Assembly: GCA_964016885.1 (NCBI GenBank)
Contig: OZ024740.1
Location: forward strand, 89,280,001-89,344,000
Source of the DNA: Eledone cirrhosa
Taxonomy: Eukaryota
DNA: 64,000 nt
Reading direction: 5' to 3'
The position numbers and the translations under genes are program-made. This document shows positions 51,615 through 64,000 of this stretch, one piece after another. How positions within the stretch are numbered: position 1 is the stretch's first letter; each line of letters opens with the position of its first letter. The notes beneath the pieces were generated by a model. The model was not told the origin of the DNA. It saw only the letters and a program-made list of their open reading frames with translations, and made no database searches.

Positions 51615-51667
<53 letters not shown>

Positions 51668-52668
51668 GCGTGTATATATATATATATATATATAAAGTGT
51701 GTAAAATCCGTTCTCTAACCTCAGACAGGGATTGCCAAGCTCACGGTAGGTCGTCTTCATTCACTAATACACACACACAATCACTCACAGAGACACACAG
51801 ACACAACACAGACAGATAGACACACAGACACACACACAATAATATATATATGTGTGTGTATATGTATGTATTAGTCAAAGTAAATGATGTAACATGAGCT
51901 CGGCGATCCAAGTCTGAAACATCATGCCATAATTTACTCCCTCAAAAACTGCCACTACAAATAATTCTAGATATGCTGCCACATGAAATCAAAATGCACC
52001 CCATTGTTTCCATTTTATCGTCTATTTGATATTACACTGATATAGTAGCTATTGTAACCATGTTTTAACTTATTTTCAACTCAGAATTGAGATTTAAGAT
52101 ATTATTGTTGCTGGTTTCCATTGAATCTTCACCAAACACACATTTTGCCGCAGTATTCCGTTGATTTATTGGGCTAAATTCATTTTATCACATTCATATG
52201 TTAATGCCCTTGTTGCATTGCCCAAATTCATATCATGATTTTATTGGTTTGTTGCCACATAATACACACATTTGCGAGAATGTTTACACTGCCTTCCCTC
52301 ATATACCTGGTTTTCCAAATGATTATTCCACATTTGACAAGTTTCAATAAAACATGCTATATCTAAAGTTGACTATATAGACTTCTGTTGCACTGTGTGC
52401 ATTAAAGCTTGTTTACATAACGTTACACATTTAATCATCCTGAATGTTGCCATAATTTCGTTTTTGGTTCTGCTTAAAACTATAATAGTTATCGTTAAAA
52501 CGGCGTTTGAAAATAGACATGACTTATAATATCAAAGTTGGTATCGCTGAAATATAATAGATATTGATATTTCATTCTAGAATTCCTGTACTGTACAACA
52601 TAGATCTTCTTTCTTTAGACAAATTCTAAATTATTAAAAAGATAAACGTGGTTTGTGCACCGGTTTAC

Positions 52669-52716
<48 letters not shown>

Positions 52717-53146
52717 GCAGTATCATTCACATATAAAATCGTATTAAACCCAGACACACATACACAAGGAATAAAATACAGAACGCGCACGCAAACACAC
52801 ACATGCACCACATTTTCCCCCTCTTCTAATCTGTACACCTCTGAATGCTGTTTGCTCTGCTCTTGCTGTATGACTAAGTCTGATAGGTTTGAACACGCCT
52901 CATCTTCACTTTCAAATGCAAAATTCATACGAGTATTGTCATTGTATTCCTCTTTGTACTTTTCCGAAATACACTCACACACACACGGGTACGCACTCCG
53001 CTCGCGTGTGCTTGTGCATAGAACAATGAAAAATAGACGGGCGTCCGCGGTAGGTAGTTAATTAATTACCTATCTCTGACTTTTGAAGTTCTTTCATTGT
53101 TCTATGCACAAACACACATATATAAATGACCATGTAACCTGGGTGC

Positions 53147-53219
<73 letters not shown>

Positions 53220-53388
53220 CAAGTGTGAAGAACTTGACAGCTCTGATTAATGATTATTTATTTAATTCTTTCATTGAGTCACACCATTGAAGATAAGCTA
53301 CATTCATATGCATCTATGCTTATGTTTAGATATATATACATATATATATATATAGTCTTAAAGAACACACACACACACGTATATACAT

Positions 53389-53454
<66 letters not shown>

Positions 53455-53459
<5 letters not shown>

Positions 53460-54194
53460 TAAGGTAATGAATTCTTTTACAATGGAATTAGCTCGAAGGA
53501 GGAAAGTACCCCTGAGCCGTGTATAAACTAATATATATGATGCAGTTCATCTTTGTTGATTTATTATTTTAAATCGATATGGACAAACTGTAGTATAATA
53601 ATTAGTATACTTCAATCTGGCTAAATTTCTTTTGCAATATATATATACAGATGTGTTGGTATCTGTGTTTCATCATATATATTAGTTTATACACGGCTCA
53701 GGGGTACTTTCCTCCTTCGAGCTAATTCCATTGTGAAAGAATTCATTACCTTATTAATATAACTGCTCCTAGTCTGAGCTGAAGGCCGCCTCATATATAC
53801 GACAGTTATTTCTAGCAGTACGGTTATGAGACTAGCTAGAAACTGTTAAACCCTGTGCGTCACACAGTCTTTTAAATTATTTAGAAGTGAAGCATATCAA
53901 TTTGTCCCTGGATGTTTACTGAGGAGTGCAGGACATGATATTCCTACACTTATGTATCTCGAAACATATTTGGATTTTAAAGTATGAACTTATCTACGGA
54001 ACAGGTTTGATTTTGAAATTTAAATGTGTCTAAACATCATAGCCTTTTGGCAATGCAGTTCGTCTTTGTTGATTTATTATTTTAAATCGATATGGACAAA
54101 CTATAGTATAATAATTAGTATACTTCAATCTGGCTAAATTTCTTTTGCAATATATATACAGATGTGTTGGTATCTGTGTTTCATCATATATATT

Positions 54195-54195
<1 letters not shown>
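53455..54195 (+). mobile_element. Non-coding pLTR/retrozyme-like unit with about 512-bp period and an inverted 5' arm, flanked by (TA)n
   Basis: 53541-53683 repeats at 54053-54195; 53455-53542 inverts 53671-53758. Confidence 0.8.
53911..54038 (+). ncRNA. Type I hammerhead with long stem III
   Basis: GATGTTTA-CTGAGGA-G..C-GAAA-CATATTT GGATTTTAAAGT...ATTTTGAAATTT AAATGTG-TC-TAAACATC, with an 8-bp stem I. Confidence 0.8.
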
Positions 54196-54268
<73 letters not shown>

Positions 54269-54323
54269 TAAAAAAATAATGAATAAAACAATGAAACAGT
54301 TCCTTATATTAAACAAAAAAAAG

Positions 54324-54476
54324 TTCATTATTTAACGATCGTTTCTAGGACATATATGTGTTAGAATTGGCATGCATATTCAACAGATCTATGTACAAAA
54401 TTATACAAAATTATACAAACTATCAAATATAATATACATACCAACACATACATATGCCGTCTTCAGAAATAATGAA
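54324..54476 (-). ncRNA. Type I hammerhead with 114-nt rod-like domain II
   Basis: TTCATTATTT-CTGAAGA-...-GAAA-CGATCG-TT-AAATAATGAA, with a 10-bp stem I. Confidence 0.85.
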
Positions 54477-54826
54477 ATATATTTATTGATAATAACAACA
54501 ATTCAAAATTACAGGTCTGTTTGGGAACAGAGTTCAAATTGACCAATGAAATACACAAAAATATATCAAGAAAATACAGTTAGGTGTGTGTATATATGTA
54601 AGTAACTTCGTTCACAGGTATGCATAAAAATATATGTTCACATGCATACGCATGTCGAAAAAATGTATGTAAATACAAAAATTCAGGGCTAATGTCTCTG
54701 TATGTTTATAATCTAGAGACAAAAATACACATACGTATATAAACATATATACACTCATATATACACACATATACATACATTCATACACACACGCGCATAT
54801 ACACATAAACATACACAGACCCACGA

Positions 54827-54896
<70 letters not shown>

Positions 54897-55129
54897 GTAT
54901 ATATTATTATTATAACTATATGGATATTAAGGCGCACACATAAACACTGCCACATATATTTACATCTAGATGCAGAACTAAAGTAGGTAAAGGGGGTCAG
55001 TAATTACTGAGGGTGTCAGACAACAGCCTATTTATAAAATGTATCTATACATTTAGAAATAAAAAGAAATATATTAAAAAGAAATAAACAAGTAAAATAT
55101 ATACTCATACATAAAATACACACCGATAT

Positions 55130-55234
<105 letters not shown>

Positions 55235-55645
55235 CATATATATATATAGAGACATATACACATACATATATAAATACATAGACACACATACATACACACA
55301 TATATATATACATATACTCACAACACATATATATATATACACATATATGTGCATACACATACACACATACATGCATATACATATATATATACACACATAT
55401 ATATACATACATATATACACACATATATATATATACATACACGCACATATATATACACACACACACATATATATATACGTATATATACATACACATACAC
55501 ATATCCATGTATATATATACACATACAACCACACGCTCACATACAACTCAGACATACATAAATAAAGAGATATGCATACACACATATATATATATATAGA
55601 TATATACATACACATAAATATATATACACACACACACATACACAT

Positions 55646-55698
<53 letters not shown>

Positions 55699-55867
55699 TA
55701 AATAAATAAATACACACAGTCAGACAATTATGCACACATATATATATATACACATACACACATCTCTACAAATATATATACACATACACACACACACACA
55801 CATATATATATATACGCATATATATATATATAGACAAATATATATATATATATATACACATATATAC

Positions 55868-55900
<33 letters not shown>

Positions 55901-56179
55901 CAATCATACACACTTATTTACATGCGCACATATGTATTTTTATACTCACATACAGACACCCAAACATACATACATACTTACATACACATACATACATCAA
56001 CGCTTACAAATACGAATAATTATAGGGGGGGGGGGATTAACATTTTTAGTGGGAAATAGTAAATATAGGTTTCAAGGAACATAGAATATTAATCTGCATG
56101 TAGATCATAATATGTGTTTACATAGTAGTTTCAGTATTAGGAAAAGTAAGAAAGAAGGCAAAATTATGCATTTTAATAT

Positions 56180-57090
56180 AAGTAGACTATTAATTATAGG
56201 TTAACTAAATTAAAAATAGTTTATATATTGATTTCTAAGGTGTATACTACTTAGGTTTATAATATTTAAAGCGGAATTTTGAAGTTAAACAGTAGTAGAG
56301 TATTAATTATAGCATAACTAAATTAAAAATATTAACATTATGGTATCAATTTTAGGAAATTAATTTAGTAATAGGGAAAACCAAATCAAGTATTTCATCG
56401 GTAGTAGAATATAAATTATAGGTTAACTAAATTAAAAATTATATATTAATTTCTATAGTATATGTTAATTAGGTTTATAATAATTAAAGCAGATTTTGTA
56501 TTTTATCTATAGTAGAATATAATTATAGGTTAACAAAAATTAAAATTAATATATATATATATATATATTTAATTGTAAAGAATATATTAATTAGGTATAT
56601 ATTTAAAAGTTTATCTCAGTTTATGATTACATGATATTCTGCAATCCATCTGTATTAGAATTTTAATTTTAAGCTAACTAAATTAAAATTATAGGTTAAC
56701 TAAATTAAAATTAATTCATAAATAAATTTCTAAATTGTACATTAATTAGGTTTACAATATTAAAAAGTATTTCTCTGTTATTGATTACACGATATTTTGT
56801 TATATTTCATCTGTAAAGGAATTTTAATAAAAGGTTAAATAAACTAAAATTAATCTATAAATTAATTTACAAAGTATATATTAATTATGTTAATAATATT
56901 TAAAAGTTTTTCACAATTTATGATTACACAATATTTTTTAATCTCATCTGTAGTAGAATTTTAATTAAATTAAAGTTATAGGTTAACTACATTTAAATTA
57001 AATTATATATTAATTTCTAAAATATATATTATTAATTAGGTTTATAATATTTAAATGTTTTTCTCAGTTTATGATTACACGATATAATTA
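56180..57090. repeat. Degenerate AT-rich tandem of about 110-130 bp
   Basis: Recurrent TTATAGGTTAACTAAATTAAA and TTAATTAGGTTTATAATATTTAAA. Confidence 0.8.
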
Positions 57091-57830
57091 ATTCCTGTCG
57101 CTTATTTAATAGGATATCCTTAGATTTCATTATTTCAAATAGTTCTTGGGAACATAATCTACATTCATTTCTATTATGTTGATAAGGGGGTGGCTCTTTT
57201 GAGCACACTCCAGGTCATATCATATTCTATATTCTTATTTCTATAACTATTAATTTTTTCTGCTAGAGATGTTGTATTAGCCAATGCGGCATTTTAAAAA
57301 CTATGTTTGTGGGTATTAAACCTTACCTTAAAATTGTTAGAAGTAGCTCCTATATATGAGCAAATAGAATCTTTAGTTTTAACTTTACATTTATAAACTA
57401 TGTTGTTAACAAGACAATTTCCTTTTAATGGGCAGTTTGCTTTGTTTCTACAGTTACAACCTTTCGTTAATTCTGTATTTGAGGAGATATTATGGTTAGT
57501 TTGATGTATTGGTGGTATACTTATGGTTTTTTTTACATTTATATGCATTATAGGCACTTATATTTTGTTTTATGTTTTTGGTTGTTGAGTATGAGAATTT
57601 AACTGTTGATCTATTTAAGATTTGATGATATTTGTGGTTTCGCGGGAAGTTATTCTCTAGGATATAAACATTTTTTTTAGCAATATTATACTTAATTTGT
57701 AAATTAAATGGAGCATTATACCAAGTAACTCGTCTATTACGGTTTCTATGTTGTTTATTATTTTTATAGGTTGCATCGTGATGTTTACTAGGAGGATTAA
57801 TGTTAATTACCTATATATATATATATATAT

Positions 57831-58028
57831 ATTAATATATGTAGACATAAACACAGTAAATTCTGCGTTTATAATTACGAGGGTAGATTTTACCATAAAT
57901 GTTTTATATATTTAAACTGAATCATACAGTACGATACGATATTTCCTATACATACCGTATTATTAACGAATTCTACCCTCGTAATTTTAGACGCATAATT
58001 TACTGTGTTTATTTCTACATATATTAAT
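57831..58028. repeat. Inverted repeat with about 60-bp arms
   Basis: ATTAATATATGTAG..TTACGAGGGTAGA / TCTACCCTCGTAA..CTACATATATTAAT. Confidence 0.8.
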
Positions 58029-58034
58029 ATTAAT

Positions 58035-58142
58035 ATTGTTTCTACTTTAGGCACAGGGCCAGTAATTATCCAGTGCATTACTGGTACTTTATTTTATCGA
58101 CCCCGTAAGGATGAAAGGCAAAGTCAACCTCGGCGGGATTTG
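58035..58142 (-). mobile_element. 5'-truncated SINE
   Basis: SINE 3' half with TATTAATATT on both sides. Confidence 0.85.
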
Positions 58143-58232
58143 ACCTATTAATATTATAATGCTCAGTATTTATACTTTGAGTTTGTTAATTGCAAGGTAT
58201 CAATATGAGTTAATAACTCTATATTTTATTTG

Positions 58233-58264
<32 letters not shown>

Positions 58265-58682
58265 ATATGTATATATGGCATCTTATTATACGTCGTTGAG
58301 TACTCAAAACCTACAGATAATGTTAAAGAAGTCCCGGTTTAGTTAATTAATATACGGATCCAGGATCGTACAGGTATACAAATAACTTGATTTCGGTTTG
58401 TTTTGAACATGGAGAGAAAAAATTATATTATTTTTCAAGTCTAATCCTATGGATTTACATAATTATTTCTCTTTCTCTTTATTTTTAAAATCCAAAAACG
58501 ATTCTGCCACTCGTTAAAAAAAAAACTTTCGACAATCTTGGATGGGATTTGCCCTCAATCCCACTTAAAATGTAGCAGAGTAATAACGACACAGACTCAG
58601 ACCCCCCCCCCACACACACACAAACACACACCCACACACACATATACACACACACACACACGCACATATATGTATATATACA

Positions 58683-59848
58683 TATATATAAAACTGTAGC
58701 TGTCTGTGTGTGTGTGTCCTCATTTTTGCAAAGTCTATACAAATACACATTTCTACTCCGATTCACTTCAAACTTGCATTCATATATTCCTAGCGGTCTA
58801 CAGATATTAATTGCAGCTTTGGTTTTTGAATTATTTTCTGTTGTTAAAGGGGTGTTAGGCCCCGGTTATCGATCTCCGTCGCGCCCTTATAATATCTGTC
58901 TGTATGTCTGGCTGTCTGAATTACGACATTATGATAAATATTGATGACGTATTATGTTCACTATTTTCCGTTCATTGCCAGGGAACGTCTTCACGAACCA
59001 AAGTATCGTCTTCCTGTTTCCTTCGGCTGCAAAGTTTTTCGAAATATTTACTTCTGCGTTCACAGATTGATTGTTTTTAGTTTCAGAAGATCCCGTTAAG
59101 GGTGAAACCAGCGATTCCTTGCTTAAACTTTAATCTGTTATTTTAATATATAATATAAGCGAGGCAAGCCAGCCCAGTTGCCACCTCTTGCCAATAAACA
59201 TTAACCCTTTGTGCACCATTCATATAACTAGATCAACAAATACCAACTAAACGGAACGTTCACAAGAACGATGGCGAAAGGATCTTTGAGGTAAGCAGTA
59301 TCCTCCCCAGCTGTTAGTTCACGCGGGATTCTCTGCTACACCTTTTCGTAATAATACCGAACAACGTACTACTGGTCACTCCCTCCTCCAAAAGCCGTAC
59401 AAAGCGGACATGTGCATCGGGCAGATGGATCGGATGCAAATCTACACCATGTCTACGCGAGAGATTCGCAAGGGACTGCACCGACAGGGATAGAGAGAAA
59501 GAGTGACTTAGTGAAAAGAGTGCGAATGAAGTTTTGAGATAAGTGGCCTACTCCTTACTGCTTTTGAACTGGAACCTTCTGCCAACTTAACCTGTGACTT
59601 TCTCTTTCACATTTACTCCAATAAGCTAAAACAGAGGAGTATGAAAAGAAGGGCCTCAACAATATTTCTAAAAACAATGCTCGTAGACAGCTAAATTGTA
59701 CTTTCAACTTCCTAATTTTCTCCAAATAAAATATGTTTCCTGTCGGTATATTTTCGTGAGTTTTTAACAGGCACTTACAAATAAACGTTTCTCATTGGAG
59801 GTGCTATTACGAATGTTCTTACCCGTGCAACGCCGGGATACACTGCTA

Positions 59849-59849
<1 letters not shown>
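58683..59849 (+). mobile_element. Non-autonomous Helitron-like element; 5' boundary uncertain
   Basis: 3' hairpin CCCG-TGCAACGC-CGGG (59822-59837) then CTAG|T; 5' TATATAAAACTGTAGCTGTCTGTGTG. Confidence 0.6.
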
Positions 59850-59882
<33 letters not shown>

Positions 59883-60614
59883 TAAATTCCGACTTCGTGA
59901 AATAATTCTTATTAGAAGTTACACAGAGAGGAATCTGAAATAATTCTAAATAGAAGTTCTAAAGAGAGGAATGTATTATACAATATCTTTCTAATACGTA
60001 TATTGACATGGCATCAAAAACAGTAGAATTATTAAACTCTACATATTTCACATGCGATACAACTATAAATAAAAACATTCCAAAATTTAAACCTTTACTT
60101 TACACCCAAAATAAACATTTCTACATAAACTCTAATATAAACATTTCTGAATGCTACTAACTTGTCTTATCCTACTTATAATATTCGCACTACATAACAT
60201 TTATACATCCTATCATTACGTATCTATATTTACCATAATGCATTTCATTTTTAACACCCTGTATGTAACAAGCTTGATATATTCACTTTTTGCCTTACCA
60301 CACGCATGCTTTTATTAATATTCTGTATATTCAGGTTCATATACCATTATTATAACACCTTTCAATGCTATGCTATCTTTTTCCTGTAATAAATATCTGC
60401 ATGATATATTTTTGTACTTGCATTACCTTTGTGCATAACTGTCTGTATAATATGCGTATTATAATCACTTTAAGTAATAACCTCCTCGCAACAGGTCCCA
60501 ATATGATTTTCAACATGATTTTCAATATGATGTCACAGGCATTGTTCATAATAATGTATCTTAATGAATGTTCTAAATACTAGGAATGTAATTACTTGTC
60601 TAAACATTGTGTAA

Positions 60615-60647
60615 GCTCCGATGATTCCAGAAGAAACAATCGTCAGC
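60615..60647 (+). ncRNA. Variant or decayed minimal hammerhead (CCGAUGA core)
   Basis: GCT-CCGATGA-TTCCAGAA-GAAA-CAATCG-TC-AGC; resembles 25546-25598. Confidence 0.5.
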
Positions 60648-60685
60648 AATTAAATCTATTAAGCACATATTTGATTGTTTCATAT

Positions 60686-60773
<88 letters not shown>

Positions 60774-60924
60774 CTCTTGGGTTATGCCAATATGGGCGAC
60801 AAGTAAAACTATGGCAACCTTGTATAATTGTGGACATATTAGAATAGTATGTATTGTTTGCAATGGTGTAGCAAATTCTGAAAGCAAAATATTCTTTATA
60901 AATGTGAAGCATTCAAAATATCAA

Positions 60925-61006
<82 letters not shown>

Positions 61007-61034
61007 CTGTGTGTGTGTGTGTGTGTGTGTCTGT

Positions 61035-61082
<48 letters not shown>

Positions 61083-61496
61083 GTGTATGTATATATACAT
61101 ATATATATATATAAATGATCTTATCTAAAATTGATAACTTTTTTCAGTATCTGAGTAGCACAAAATAAATTTTTATTGGAATTTTTATTGGAATTTCCTA
61201 AAATGGTATTGTTAAAGGATAAAATATACATCATATCTACTATGGAGAGCATTTGACTTCCTATATAATTTTATTCGTCTGCTGTTTAATACGATATATA
61301 AACTACAAATGTCAGAAATGTGACTTAATATTATTTCTATATTTTTATTTTGCAATAAATATGTTATTTACGTCTACTTCATTTATCTGAAAGATTTATT
61401 TGCAATACATTTCTATTTCATCTTTCCTTACTTCATGTATTTAATGTATCCATTTAACACACACATACACACACACCCACATACACACAGACACAC

Positions 61497-61594
<98 letters not shown>

Positions 61595-62528
61595 TATAGA
61601 TATATGCAATATCATATTGAAAGCAGCTTCTAGTCGAAACTCAACGATGCACACTTTAATAGAAGCGGTCATTTAAAAAAATATTGGCTGCAGTAATTGC
61701 CCCTCGATTTATTCCGAAAGTTTTCCAACGAATTACACAACTTGATGTCCATCAAAATATGTTGAATATCGTCTATGTATGTCTCAGAAAGTGAGATTTT
61801 ATGTCTTTTTGACATATTATTTAAAGGTTATTTTCTGTATTAATATGTGTAAACAATCTTTTGACATTTCGGAATAAAATTATGCATGAATTGTTTAGCT
61901 CCTTCAATATTCTTTATGTAACTTTGTATATATCGTTCTTCACTAGAGGTCATCCAAATACAAAAATGTTTAACTTTTGATATTTTAGAAATATTTAGTT
62001 ACTATTCAGACATTGAATATTTACGTTCTGTGTTTTTTGTTTTGTTTTGTTGCTACACATAACTTACTTAAATCCTTGACATATTGATATCAATACATTC
62101 GGAGATATGTATGTCTATAATAGTTTTGGAATCATTACATTTATTCTTTACATATTTACCCGTGTCGTCAACTGTTGCTGCCTATAGCATTTATGTGATA
62201 ACTATGTTATTATTATATTGGTTATAATGTGTGAGCTTTTAAATATTTATTTTTATATATCCTACCACAAATAAATATGAGAAAATATACCCTTCTTTGT
62301 AACATGATATAGATTATTTTGTATAGTAAAGCGATAAGAGTTAATGTATTTAAAGAATTCAAACTAATAAAGAACATTGATCGTTTGTAGTGTACAACAT
62401 ATATATATATTGGGGGACGAGAGTGTAGCATGTTTGTATATTAATATGTGTTGTATAAAATACTATACATCTCGTCTCCTCTTAGCATTTCGTACGATAT
62501 TGTCTTAACATTATTTTTGCTAACATAT

Positions 62529-62720
62529 GGCGGTGAATTGGCAGTATCGGTAGAGGGTCGGACGCCATTCTTTCTAGCATAGTTACGTCCCTTTACAATC
62601 TGAGTTCAAATCCCGCCGAGGTTAACTTTCCCTTTCATCCTTACGGGGTCGATAAAATAAAAAAGTACCAGTAATGTACTGGTTAGTTGCTGACCTTGTG
62701 CCTAAAGATGAAACAATTAT
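62529..62720 (+). mobile_element. tRNA-derived SINE, full length, with TSD
   Basis: GGCGGTGAATTGGCAGTATCGG..GAGTTCAAATCC..CCTTGTGCCTAAAGATGAAACAAT; flanks TTTTGCTAACATA and TTTCGCTAACATA. Confidence 0.9.
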
Positions 62721-64000
62721 TTTCGCTAACATAAATATTAGGATGGACACAAATTTATGGATTCCCCTTGCATTATCTTGGTGATTAAAATTACTGTTGA
62801 TGACATTTTTTGTATTACTATATACTAGTGAGAACTTTGATCTTCACCGTTGTGCATATGGTGCATATATCCTAATGCCATGCTCCGTCTCATTATTTGT
62901 GAATATTTTTTCCAAAACTTTAGTTCCAACAATTTTACTTTTAAGAAAGATTTGTAGTGGCGCTATTTTAATTTCTGTATTTGCAATCCTCCAACTTTTC
63001 CGCTTCACTTTTCCTCTTCACTTTTCAATCTCCCTCTGTCTAGCATCTCATTATATTTTAAAGTTAAATTCTTTAAAATATACAGGCAATTGTTAAAATT
63101 TGTAAATTCAATATGGTTTTATTTATCGCGTTCTTTCTTTTCCGTCTGCCTTTCAATCTCTCTCTTCCTTTGAAGTATATCTTACGAAAATAGATATACA
63201 TGTCAATTTTATTAAACAAAATCGTTTACTAGTCTTTAAATACTTTCTGTGTGTATGTATGTATATATGAGTGTATATACATATGCGCATTCATACATTT
63301 ATTAAAATAATTTATACGAAACACTCGACATATTAAATCGATGAAATTAAGAAATGTCACAATGTTTAAGAAAAACATTCAAATATATTCAAATCCAAGG
63401 AGCCTAATATCATATTAGATTATCACTTCGGTGGTCTATGTTATCGCCTATTAAGATATAAGTTGATGAAAACGGTGTATGTGACGTACAGTTTGAACAA
63501 CCTTCAGATTTGTGAATGTGGCCATCTTTCGGATTCCATTTTTATTTTAGATGATGAAGAAATTTCTCAGAGAAAGTAATTTCTTCTTTACTATGATTGT
63601 AGATATATGCAACACGGCTTAGGTGTCAGCAGATCGTTGCAAAGAAAGCATGTTCTGGGGGATATATAACTCAATGTCTATCAAGACGCAATGTTGTGTT
63701 GAAATATAATGCTATCCAGTCATACTGATCATGCCATTCTACAAATATGACGTGATTTCTAACGGAATATTTTTCAGAAATGTTTGTAAAACGTTAGTGA
63801 CACGAAAAACCTTGTAGATTCTTCAGTTATAAAGTAATACTAAAATCAATAGAAAATACATTCCTTATACATGGTTTATGTATAAGTACATGCAAATGAT
63901 TACCAGTTTGCAGGTAAATGAAATTTAAATATATCAAGATTCTGCATTAAATTCGACAGTAAGATCCTCATCATAAAACACACATATGTTTAAATCATGC

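Noticed and set aside
51860-52640. Possible coding remnant or host exon
   Set aside because: No convincing motif or open frame; left unassigned, as are 13100-15400 and 61600-64000.
56180-57090. CRISPR-like repeat-spacer array
   Set aside because: Intervening segments are homologous to each other, the context is eukaryotic and there are no cas genes.
59080-59150. CAGAAGA-hairpin-GAAA motif, also reversed at 20070-20142
   Set aside because: The shared repeat is real, but stems I and III cannot be formed.

Overview
This is AT-rich eukaryotic genomic DNA dense in (TA)n, (CA)n and (TTA)n microsatellites. The tRNA-derived SINE and the repeat landscape suggest an octopus or related cephalopod (inference). 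I see no host protein-coding gene; almost everything recognisable is a mobile element. (1) Four Naiad-type and one Neptune-type Penelope-like elements (PLEs), plus several non-coding pLTR/retrozyme-like derivatives. Together they carry 9 type I hammerhead ribozymes with intact core motifs and at least 7 decayed ones; most have palindromic stem III caps and some have very long stem II or III. (2) A 19-kb train (30008-49143) of Tx1-clade LINEs on + and Dong/R4-clade RLE elements on -, with (TTA)n at every internal junction. One Dong ORF (1130 aa) is intact. (3) tRNA-derived SINEs, HERO and RTE-like remnants and a non-autonomous Helitron. The most notable observations are palindromes that fold back at hammerhead stem II and replace the CUGANGA half, a 5' leader shared by two divergent Dong families with motifs also in the Tx1 5' UTR, and a three-copy repeat carrying two convergent tRNA-like Pol III units with their upstream TATA/PSE-like elements. 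All alignments and folds were done by eye.
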